DNA of 62,914 nucleotides, filler included, from Stramenopiles sp. TOSAG23-3 (Eukaryota): NCBI GenBank assembly GCA_900128585.1. It is 19 parts of 19 records of this genome, joined end to end, with 100 filler letters (N's around TTAATTAATTAA, not from the genome) between each part and the next. Parts side by side here need not be neighbours in the genome. Positions count along the whole stretch, not along the records: positions 33,221 to 36,434 come from LT644354.1; positions 36,535 to 39,747 come from LT644355.1; positions 39,848 to 43,060 come from LT644356.1; positions 43,161 to 46,372 come from LT644357.1; 15 more parts are not named here. One strand, 5' to 3'. Shown piece by piece: positions 33,244 to 43,358 of this stretch (position 1 is its first letter; each line of letters starts with the position of its first letter). The notes under the pieces were generated by a model. It saw only the letters and a program-made list of their open reading frames with translations, ran no database searches and was not told where the DNA came from. The position numbers and the translations under genes were made by a program.

Positions 33244-36200
33244 ATGTCACGATTTTTCGGTAATAACTCCTCGGACTCGTCTTCGGACTCCTCGTCGGAT
33301 TCCGGTAGCGAGTCTGAACAAGAGGAAGTGAACAAGAACAAAAAAGGTAAAATGCAGTGGGATTTCTCTGACTCAGACTCTGATTCTGAAGATGAGGCCC
33401 GAGTCGTCAAGTCCGTGAAAGAAAAGAAGTGGGACGGTCTCAACGACGTGTGCAATACGATTAAGCAGAAAATCAGGAATGGGGACTGGGCAGAGGTTCT
33501 GATCTTGAATACGAAACTCCAAAAGGTCGTGGACAGTTTGCGAGGGGAATTCAAATCTGGCGGGACTCCGAAAAGCTACGTGAAATTCTTAGTGTACCTG
33601 CAGGACGAGGCGGGCGAAAAGACGAAGCTTGGCCCCAAGTCGGGAAAGGCGCGCAACCGGATGAAACAAAATTTCAGAAAAATGCCTCACCTTTCCGACT
33701 ACACGGAAGAGCTAGCCGCATACCGTGAGAATCCCGAGGAGTCGGACGAGCCGGACAGCTCGGATTCCGACTCGGACTCCGACTCCGACTCCGATTCCAG
33801 CAGTGATAGTGAAAGCGATAGTGATGCCAAGAAAAAACGTGCGGCCGCCACGAAGAAGAAAAAGAAAGACTCTGACAATTCCAGCGATTCAGACTCTGAC
33901 AAATCCAGCGGTTCCGACTCGGACGAGTGGGATGCAAGTAGTAGTGACGAGTCTTCCAGCGATGAAGAAGACGAGCGTGATAAGAAGACGGGCCGTGCAA
34001 GGTGGGTCAAGAAGAACTACGTCCCAAAAACTGTTCAAAAGGCAGCCATTTCGAACACTGAGAGGGAGATGAAACGTATCAAAGAAGCAAAGGAAAGGCA
34101 GCAAGCCGCCATGCTTGCGAAGCTCGAAGCTGCTAAGGCGGAGAAAGAGCGCCTCGCGAAGGAAGCAGCCGAGTTCACCCCGGCCGTTTTGAAATCTCAG
34201 TTGAACCAGGTCATTGCCGACCGTGGTAAAAGTGGAACCGATCCCAAGGTTCAAATTGCCAAACTAAAGAAGCTGTGCCACAAGGTAAGTAAGCAAACAC
34301 ACCCCTCCCTTTCCTCTCTCCCCCATGTCTACTACCCGAGAAAACTGCGTGCTTTACACCATGGGTCTGGTAATGCTTCGCCTTGAACCTGTTTCGTTAC
34401 GGGCATTAAAGGCGAGCAATAACCCATGAACCCCCATGCTCGCAGGAGAGCCAACCTTATAGGAGAAACAAAGTCGTTATTGTATGCTTTGCATATGGGC
34501 TTCGTTTTGTCAAGAAAATGGAGGCCTGCGGTGCGGTGAAGATCCTCTGTTCCCATGATCGATAATATTTGCGCCCGCCCCCCGTTGATACAGTTCAAGT
34601 CTCCACACACACACTCCTCTTCAAAGTTAACCCGTGCTAACCTTCATTTTTGTTTTGTTTTTTATAGGCCAACAAATTTGGCGCTGAGAAAGTGATCCCC
34701 GTGCTGATGCATTACGTTTCGGCCCTGTTTGACCAAGTGTACGGAATCGATTCGTACCTGAACCAAGACACGTGGCAAGAATGCTGCAAGAGCTTGACTA
34801 GAGTGCTCAAGGCGCTGGAAGACGAGCTGACGATTAAACTGGGAGCCATGAGCAGCGACGCCATTGCCACCATTGCCCAACTGGCCAAGACCAAGCCCGA
34901 GGCTGGCAATCCCGAAGCGGGGGAAACCGCCGGGAAAGCGCAACCGGCGCAAGATCTTACTGAAGATAAAGTAGACGAAGACGGGGTGTTGCATGTACCA
35001 GGTGATGTCGAAGGATTCGTCAGTCGTCTTAGCAATCACTACACGAAAGCTCTTCGAAAAACGGACCCGCACACGTACGAGTACGTCAATAGGCTGGAAG
35101 ATGAGGCGATGTTGTTAGATCTGGCGCGTGGTGCCCAGGAGTACTACATGCGGCACAACATTCATGCCAAGGCCTCGCAGATGGCACAGACGTGCATGGA
35201 ACACCTGTACTATAAACACGACTCCGTAGCGGCTGCCCTGAGCACCGCGAAAGCGTTGCGCCTCAAATTCGGGGCGAAGAACATGTACCACCCGGCGTGC
35301 AGCAGCAGAGCGGTCAAGTCCAACCAAGGCGTGAACGTGGAGGTGGGCCACCCAGCAGCCGCGGCGGGGTACCCCTCCGTGGCCCCGGTTAAGGTCGATG
35401 TAGCAGCGGCCCTGTTGCAGCTCTCCACGTACATTTACAAACATGGATCGCCGCAAGGGAAGACTGTCGCAATGCTCTGCCACGTCTACCATCATGCCGT
35501 CCACGACCGTTTCTACGAAGCGCGTGACCTCCTTTTGATGAGTCACATCGGCGACAACATCTCCAAAAAGGACGTAGAAACCCAAATCCTATGGAACCGG
35601 ACCCTTGCGCAAACCGGCCTTTGTGCTTTTCGCAACGGCCTGATCAAGGAATGCCGTGATTGCCTGAGCGAAGTGTGCAAAAACGGTAAACAAAAAGAGT
35701 TTCTGGCACAAGGCATCTCGTGGAGGCACCCTCGTTACGGCGATCGCGACGAGGAAGGCGAGAGGAAAGAAAGGCGCCGCCTGATGCCGTACCACATGCA
35801 CATCAACTTAGAACTGATCGAATGCTGCCACTTGACCTCGGCCATGCTTTTAGAAATACCTATCATGGCGAACCCGAGGCGCTCGTTTTCGGACAAGCGC
35901 TCGAATGTTGACTACGAGTTCCTGAAAACGATGAACCGGTGCGAACGGGAGGTGTTCCGCGGACCACCGGAGAACACGAAAGAACACGCTCATGCGGCAG
36001 CAAAAGCGCTGCGCATTGGGAACTGGGAGGAGTGCTCAAAGCAAGTGTTCGCAATGAAGAGGGTATGGAACCTGGTCCAAAATAGCGAAGCGGTGAAGGA
36101 GCGGTTGTTGAACGAAATCAAGGAAGTAGCCTTGCGAGTGTACCTTCTGACCTATAGCACCCACTACGATAGTATTTCGCAACCCGAGCTGTGCACCATT

Positions 36201-36434
36201 TTTGCCATGAAAGAAAACCGTGTGCACTCGATCGTGTCGAAAATGATGATTAACAAAGAGCTGTGTGCATCCTGGGATCAGCCAACGAAGACCATCGTTC
36301 TACACCAGGTGGAGCCAAGCAAGCTGCAAACGCTCGCTTTGGATTTTGCAAACAAAATCGGAGATTTTGTCGAGTTGAACGAGACGATTTTGGACTCCCG
36401 CATCGGCGAGTCGGGAGGGGATGGTTCTCTGCAG
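33244..36434 (+). CDS. EIF3C: Translation initiation factor eIF3 subunit C; exon 33244-34284, 383-nt intron 34285-34667, exon 34668 to contig end (3' truncated)
   Basis: MSRFF, RVVKSVKEK, DPHTYEYVNRL, ARDLLLMSH, MPYHMHINLEL, GPPENT, SKMMINKELCASWDQ; GTAAGT donor, GCTAAC branch point, phase-0 TAG acceptor. Confidence 0.96.
34345..34610 (+). ncRNA. Candidate structured intronic RNA (snoRNA-like, unclassified)
   Basis: Long multi-helix hairpin 34345-34445 and a second domain closed by GGAGA/TCTCC and followed by ACA; no canonical H box between them. Confidence 0.4.
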
Positions 36435-36653
36435 NNNNNNNNNNNNNNNNNNNNNNNNNNNNNNNNNNNNNNNNNNNNTTAATTAATTAANNNNNNNNNN
36501 NNNNNNNNNNNNNNNNNNNNNNNNNNNNNNNNNNAGAGTGTTGAGAACAAGCGAAAGGAGAGCTGTGCTGCCCTGGCGTCTCGTGGCGGCAACCGGTTTT
36601 CGTACCTGTATCGAAAACAAGTAAAGAAAAAAGTAGATAAAGCAGAAGAGCTT

Positions 36654-39600
36654 ATGGGTCAATTGAAGACCATTATTGCGAAGGAGGATAAGACGGAGTT
36701 TCAAACACGCAAAATGAATGGTACAATTGACGCTCGCCCGACCATTACAGAATGCAAAAACGAAATCAAACGGTTGCACGACAGTATTGAAGGCGAATCC
36801 GTTGCCGAGTACTGCGCTTCGCGAAGCGAGGAAGAGCAGGAATGCTACCGCTTGCTGCGTCACCACGAAGACCCGTACGACGCGCTTGTCGCAACGAGCC
36901 CAGGATCGAATTGCTCCGTTTTGGAACATGTCAAAAACGGGTCCAGGCCCACGTTTCCGGGTTCTCCGTACATCTCGACGTCTTTGAACCGTCGGTTTGT
37001 GATTTATTATGGGTTGAAGCGAATGATTGAAAAAACGTACGAACGCGAGGAGCCCGAGGGCTACGTTCAACGTTTTGTAAAGATTGACCTATCCAAGCTC
37101 GGCACCGAGGCCAGGATAATCGATATATCTTCGAAATCTAAATTTTTATCTTACGCCGATACGGCCAGGTCCAACATGGCCCAAAATTTTGCGGAAAGCG
37201 CGCAGGAAGTGCTGATAAAAGGACGGATTCCAAGGGAAGCCATGGCAGGCGTTTACTCGTTCAAATTCACTGGTCAAAGCAATCCCAAAAACTTGCTCTA
37301 CAAGTTGCTTGACGGCGTTGCAGGACGGTGTTCCAAAGTGAGCCTCGTCTCGAACAGCAACAAGGCCCATGATTACAATGCATTCGCGCGCGTTTTCAAC
37401 CAGAATTTCAAGTCGAAAGAAACGGAAGATGCCTTGGTCGAACTAATGCGAGTACGATCAAGCGCAACGAAACTTTACGACGACGGCTCCATCCAAGTGT
37501 GGGTTGCGTCTTGCAAACAAAGGACGGAGCTCGGCAGTTCGTTCCCCGCTCTTTGCGTTCGAGCAGAGGCTCCTGAGTTTGATACTGATGCTCACATCCC
37601 TTTGGAGGACTACGCGGGCTTGGAAATGAAAGACGTGACAAAATGTGTACAAACGTGCAGTTGGATTCTTGAGAGAGAAAAACGAGTGTGCGTGTACTGC
37701 ACGGCAGGAAGAAACCGTTCCGTTGCAGTAGCTGCAAAGCTGCTTATGGATCTCCAAAATGAAGGGTTTGAAAATGTGTACCGTCAGATTAAGAGGAAGC
37801 GGAAGGTCGGAATTCTCAAAGTTACACAAGAAGTTTTCGAGGAGGAAGGGAAACAAAAGGCGGAAGAAGCGCAAAGGCAGAAGGCCAACGCGGAGAGAAA
37901 AAGTAAGGAGAAGGCAGACGCGAAGAAGAAACGCAAGGAGGAGGCAGCGAGGAGAAAGACCGTTACGACGAAACTCTGTTTTTCAATACATGCATCCATG
38001 TCAGAAACAGGAAAAGAAATCAAAATAAACCCCACAATTGGCGTGTGTAAAGTTGATAGAGACGTTGAGGACCTTGGGTCCCCTGTGTCCATCAAGCGCA
38101 GCATCGCTGGGATAGGGAGCGACGGAGATCACGTGCTTCATTCCCCATATTATTATTATTTAAAACGCCACTGTTCTCCTGTGCTAAAATTTGAATGCAC
38201 ATCAACCGAGCCCCTATTTGAACGCATATCAAAATGGAGATCCGTCTTTCGCTTGGAACCTTCAAGCTTTTGTGACTCCCGCTTATCGGGCAAACAAGTA
38301 TTTCTTATGGTCGACAACGACAACAAGAATCAAGGGGATTATGTCGTGTCCGTGTACTTTCAATACCGGGATAAAGTCATGGACAGGCAAGCGGTGCAGA
38401 GAAACCCGTCCGCACAGCGTTACCTAATATGCGACCTTGATCACACCTTGATCCACTGCAACAAGAACATAGGAGAGCGTCGTCGACCGGACAATGAGCA
38501 GCTAGTCTTTATTAGTGGGTATGGAGAGGTAGTGGTCAGAAAAAAGGCTGGAGATTTCCTTCGATCCGCCCAATGGATGGGATTTGAAATATTTGTATGC
38601 ACAACTGGAACTCGATATTACGGCATTAAAATTTTCGAGCACCTTTTTCCTTTTCTGGGGCTTGATGAAGATCATATCTTTTCGACGAGAGACTACTTTG
38701 GAGACGAAGAGGTGTGCAAAGGTTATAGCCGACCTGCAAACGATTTTTTTGCAAAAAAGGATATTGACTTCATGATCCCTTTGCAAAACGGTACGACAAA
38801 TAAGAACACTCTTATCATCGATAATACTGTGTTGGCATGGGTGGCCAAGCAGTCTGACCATGTGATTCTTGTCACTAAATATGTCGCAGGGCGTGCACCA
38901 AACGATCAATCGATGGAAAGTTTGAAGAGCAAACTACTCAACCTACTGAACAAGAGTAAGGCCTTTAATGAATATCTTGAGGAAAGAAACAAAGAATTGG
39001 ACCATGCTCGTCGTCGTCACAACACTAGGCGCATTTCAACACTCGAGAATTGCATTAACCTTAAGAAAAGTTCAGTGAACGGTCTTGTAGACCATTGGTC
39101 TGAAATCGTAAAAGAGGCTCAGGCTCAGCTACTGACTGGGAACCCGAATTTACAACGCCAGAAGCACGAGAAACGTTTATACGTTGTACTCGATGAATCT
39201 TGCACAAAATGGCAGGGTTTGAAAAAATTTGAGCATGAATTAAAGGCCCGCTGTGACGTGGAGGGTATAGCTCTACTAAAGTCTGATATAAAAGAGCTTA
39301 AGAAGGGAGAAGATCTTTTTTACCATTCCCGTCGGGAAGTCAACAACCCATGGGTGCTATTGTCACTAAATCAGACGAAACGATACAAGGCGATGAGAAA
39401 AAATAGGAAGGATGGGACTAGCAATTCATTAATTCTAGACCCGAACAAGATCGTTTTTACGGGTCGGTCACACAGAGATACGAGTCTTAGAACAATTTTG
39501 GAACAATGTGGCAACACGAAGGAAAGCACACTGTCTAAAAAAATAGGGGATATCGAAAGATCACGGAGTAGGTCCGTTTCCCCAGAACGAAAGACCTCCA

Positions 39601-39747
39601 AAACCTTTGAGGTTAGTGATGAGTCGAGCAGCAGTGATAAGCCCCCGGCCCGGAAGTACCTGGTCAATCCGTTCTACCGGGGCTCCTACGTCTTTGACCC
39701 GTCCGCGAACACCTCCACGTTCAAGGGGAAGTGGGCCATGACGAAAG
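36654..39747 (+). CDS. Multidomain protein: ADP-ribosyltransferase-like + dual-specificity phosphatase-like + FCP1/NIF HAD phosphatase (3' truncated)
   Basis: YR..HVKNGS..SPYISTS..QEVLIKGRIP; VYCTAGRNRS (CX5R); LICDLDHTLIH, CTTGTRYY, LIIDN. Confidence 0.8.
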
Positions 39748-40142
39748 NNNNNNNNNNNNNNNNNNNNNNNNNNNNNNNNNNNNNNNNNNNNTTAATTAAT
39801 TAANNNNNNNNNNNNNNNNNNNNNNNNNNNNNNNNNNNNNNNNNNNNGAAGAAGAGAAAAAAAAAGAAGAAGGAAGAAGAAGGAAGAAGAAAGAAGAAGA
39901 AAGAAGAAGATGTGATCCAAAAAAAAATAGATAGACGACGAGCGACGACTAAAAATATTAACCTGCCATTTTGTTCGTTCTGTATTCTACTGCATTTTAT
40001 TTTTCTGAAAATCTTTATACAACACCTGCGCTATTTTGAAAAAAGCGCACTACCGCAGAAAGCCTGAAACATTTATTGTCTTGCCCCTCGCTTCTTAAAA
40101 GAATTCAGTTTAGTCGTCTCGTTGAGGGTTGCTTCGGAAGGT

Positions 40143-41018
40143 ATGAGTGCCCCTGATGCCCTCGCAAGCAGTTTTTGTGAAATGACTTCCTGCGACATTG
40201 CGACGGCAAAATATTACTTGTCGATGGCACAAAATGATGTCAATGTTGCGATTGGTTTGTATTTTGATTCAGGCGGGGCGCCAGCGCCCACTGGTGCCGA
40301 AGCTGCTACCAGCGTCCTGTCTTTGCCACAACGGGTTGAGGTTCACTGGTCGTCCGGTGTCACGTTCTCCGCCAACAAAGGAACCATGTCGCAGTTTAGT
40401 TTCGAAGACGGTCGTAGCGCATGCACCACCATAGCTTGCGAGGCAAGCATGCTTTTGCTGGAGCATGATTCTGTAGAAAAAACAGTCGGGACAGAGATTT
40501 CAGACCCTGATTTTGTATTAAAAGTTGTCACGGAGGGCGTCAATCAGTACAGGGCCCAAAACGCGGAGAGAAGTGGGGGTGTCGAACATCAAAGTTGCCA
40601 CGAGGTCTTACTGGCAAACAAAAAGTACTCGGAAACCTTGGAATCTTGCGGGTACGAACAGTCGAATACCTCGATCCCTAATGCTTTCTGCAACGAGCTG
40701 AAGCGAGCTCTTGAAACGAGCAAAAATTGTGGTGGACTTTGCTGCGTTATAACAAAACCGCCAGAGACGATGGTAGTCGGCGTGCACCCTCCCACTGGTG
40801 CATTCCCACAGGGTCATTTTACCGTTTTCGATTCTCACCCACGACCGTCGTTAATGTTTCAGGGCGCGTTTATGGTGGGATTCAATTCGGCAGATGCAAC
40901 AGCATCATTTTTACGGGAAATATTTCCGGCAGTTGAGGGCTTGGGAAGTTCAATGATGGCGCAAATGTACAACTCCTTTGACATGACAATGCTACGAAAA
41001 AAGAAGGCGACCGAATGA
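40143..41018 (+). CDS. UBA-like domain + herpesvirus-tegument-like (peptidase C76/VTD) deubiquitinase-like domain
   Basis: FCEMTSCDIATAKYYLSMAQNDVNVAIGLYF; GTMSQF..GRSAC and FTVFDSH catalytic-type motifs. Confidence 0.72.
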   Translation: MSAPDALASSFCEMTSCDIATAKYYLSMAQNDVNVAIGLYFDSGGAPAPTGAEAATSVLSLPQRVEVHWSSGVTFSANKGTMSQFSFEDGRSACTTIACEASMLLLEHDSVEKTVGTEISDPDFVLKVVTEGVNQYRAQNAERSGGVEHQSCHEVLLANKKYSETLESCGYEQSNTSIPNAFCNELKRALETSKNCGGLCCVITKPPETMVVGVHPPTGAFPQGHFTVFDSHPRPSLMFQGAFMVGFNSADATASFLREIFPAVEGLGSSMMAQMYNSFDMTMLRKKKATE

Positions 41019-41325
41019 GGGAACCGGCCGTTTTAATGTGCCTCCCCACAAAGAATGTGGAAGGTATACAGATGTATTGATAAGAATTTTAGCAGAGAAA
41101 AGAGCGGAGGGGATGAGGATTACGATGTCAGCCGTCAGCAGTCCAAATTTTTGACATAGAGATATAGAGGACTTTTAACCAACGAAACAAAAATTGTAAT
41201 CGTATGCGTAGATAAAATACTATAAATGCCCTTGTAACTACCCTAGATTTAAAATAAAAAAAGGAAGACTCAACTTTTAAGCCCAAAAATGGCCCCACTC
41301 GCGCCGGCTCCCTTAGTTATTAAGT

Positions 41326-42018
41326 TTACTTCTTTTGCCTGGCAGCCATCAACTTTTTGTGCCGCTCTGCTAGCTCGGATGCAAACGTACTGTTGTCGAT
41401 GTAACGCAGATACTCGTCTGCAGCCGCTTGAATACGATAGCAATTCATCTGCTCGGTCGCATCCCCTCGCGCTTTCACTGCTTCCAATTTTTTTCCATTC
41501 AAAACGGCGACTACTTCGCCCTTCTCGTTCGGTGTCAACGTTATGGGCGACTTCCTGATGAGGTCGTCCGTCAGCTCTTTCCGCTCTTTAATGTATGAAA
41601 ACAACCCCTCGAAAACGGGGTATTCCTTGTCCTTTCTAGAGCTAACTTCAGCAACCTTCGCTTTGATCTCGTCGTTGTACTCTGCGACCAAGCCAAAGTC
41701 TTGAAGATCTTGACCCAACACCTCTTCGGCTACACCACTTTTCACAGCAAACTCTTCCTTCGAAGGTGTCTCTACAAAGTGTGCCCCCCTGTCGCCGTTT
41801 TCCCTACTAGGCAAGTTCGAGTGCATTTTTTCCTCTTCGTCTTTGACATAATCATTTACTTGCTGCTTGGCTTCATTCCACTTTTCTTTCAACTCCTCCG
41901 GTATCTCTGTGCTCGAGCAACCTTTGCAACGACCCCGGGTCGCTCCCTTCTTCCACTGACCATTTGAATATTCCGCTCTAGAAAATGTCCCCAAACATTG
42001 TGGGCACGTTCTCGCCAT
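41326..42018 (-). CDS. Hypothetical protein with N-terminal Stc1-like Cys4 zinc finger
   Basis: CPQC..YSNGQWKK..RCKGC. Confidence 0.6.
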   Translation of the reverse strand: MARTCPQCLGTFSRAEYSNGQWKKGATRGRCKGCSSTEIPEELKEKWNEAKQQVNDYVKDEEEKMHSNLPSRENGDRGAHFVETPSKEEFAVKSGVAEEVLGQDLQDFGLVAEYNDEIKAKVAEVSSRKDKEYPVFEGLFSYIKERKELTDDLIRKSPITLTPNEKGEVVAVLNGKKLEAVKARGDATEQMNCYRIQAAADEYLRYIDNSTFASELAERHKKLMAARQKK

Positions 42019-42930
42019 AACTATCTATTAAGAATTGGAAAATAATATATATTACTATAGTTGTTTATATTGTTCACGTTCAAAACTATATATAAAATGC
42101 GGGAATACAACGGCGTTCCAGTCCACAATTCTTTTTTAAACCGTTCGTGTTCTATCCTTCGTTTCGTCCATTCGTTCTTTCTTTCTTTTTTCGCGCAAGC
42201 GCGCAAGCAAGAATAATCTCTGCCCGCCCGGCCCCCCGCGCCCCCCACAACACACCGAACACCACCGAACACCACAAAAAAAACCTCCATTTTTTTTAAT
42301 GTACCAAACGGTACAAAACAATGCTCTCCTCTGTTGTCTGTTGTTGATGTTTTATTAGAAGACGATTTGCACTATGATTTATTTATATGCTGTAAGGTAG
42401 TATTAATACCAACCAGTATAATAGCATCAGAATGCCGAGGATCTATACTCAGGAATCAAATCAGGTAATCAATCAAAATCCATCAATCACACATATCACA
42501 TTACATATTTAGACTATCATCTCAATCAAAATGAATCACAGTGAAAAAATCACATCATTTATTTTGTATTAATTACGTAAATTACAATTAATATTTTATA
42601 CTCATCACTCACGCACTAAACACTGTTGTTAAAAATGGTAATGGTATTTTTATACTATTTTATAACAACAGGAGAACAACAAGAGGAAAAATGAAGTCGA
42701 TGATGTATATTATTATAACAGTAGAATATATTTATGATATTGTATAAACACAGCATTGAAAAAGAAAGAAATCAATAAAGAAAATTCAGAGAAAAGTATT
42801 CCTTCATTCTTTTTTTCTTTTGTCCTCCTCTATTCCCCATTTTTATTATTTACTACTTTACTGCAATACTATTTCTATGTAATTTAACGATTTATTGAAA
42901 ACTCTTCTTCTTCTATTTATTTTTCAACAA

Positions 42931-42974
42931 AGAAGAAGAAGAAGAAGAAGAAGAAGAAGAAGAAGAAGAAGAAG
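42931..42974. repeat. (GAA)n microsatellite; similar tracts at 33062-33120, 39848-39910 and 46473-46547
   Basis: Direct reading; several tracts coincide with contig ends. Confidence 0.95.
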
Positions 42975-43358
42975 AGAAAAAAAAAGTTAAAAAAATGATG
43001 ATGCTTTTCTAATTAAGGGTAGTAATGTGTACCAAGTTATAAGGTGATATTTTATTTATANNNNNNNNNNNNNNNNNNNNNNNNNNNNNNNNNNNNNNNN
43101 NNNNTTAATTAATTAANNNNNNNNNNNNNNNNNNNNNNNNNNNNNNNNNNNNNNNNNNNNAGTAATAAAAATTAAAAAAAAAGCAAACAAGTGCAAAACA
43201 AGAAGTAGAGTACAAGTAACTCGAAGAAGTTGAATCCTTTTCCATTAATGATTTTAGTAAATTTGAACAATGGAACAAAAGGTACAAGGCAAGTTGTCAA
43301 AACAGGCGTATTTACAGTAATTTGCTTGAAGACAGCCCGGTAGACTTTCAGTTTCAAC

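Noticed and set aside
33235..34386. Separate 383-aa gene upstream of eIF3c
   Set aside because: It is exon 1 of eIF3c read through into the intron.
34336..34392. TPP riboswitch in the eIF3c intron (GAACCTG, GGTAATGC)
   Set aside because: The motifs are in the wrong order, there is no CUGAGA, and the host gene is unrelated to thiamine.
36654..41018. ART-phosphatase and deubiquitinase as a linked defence island
   Set aside because: They are separated by a spacer; there is no evidence of physical linkage.
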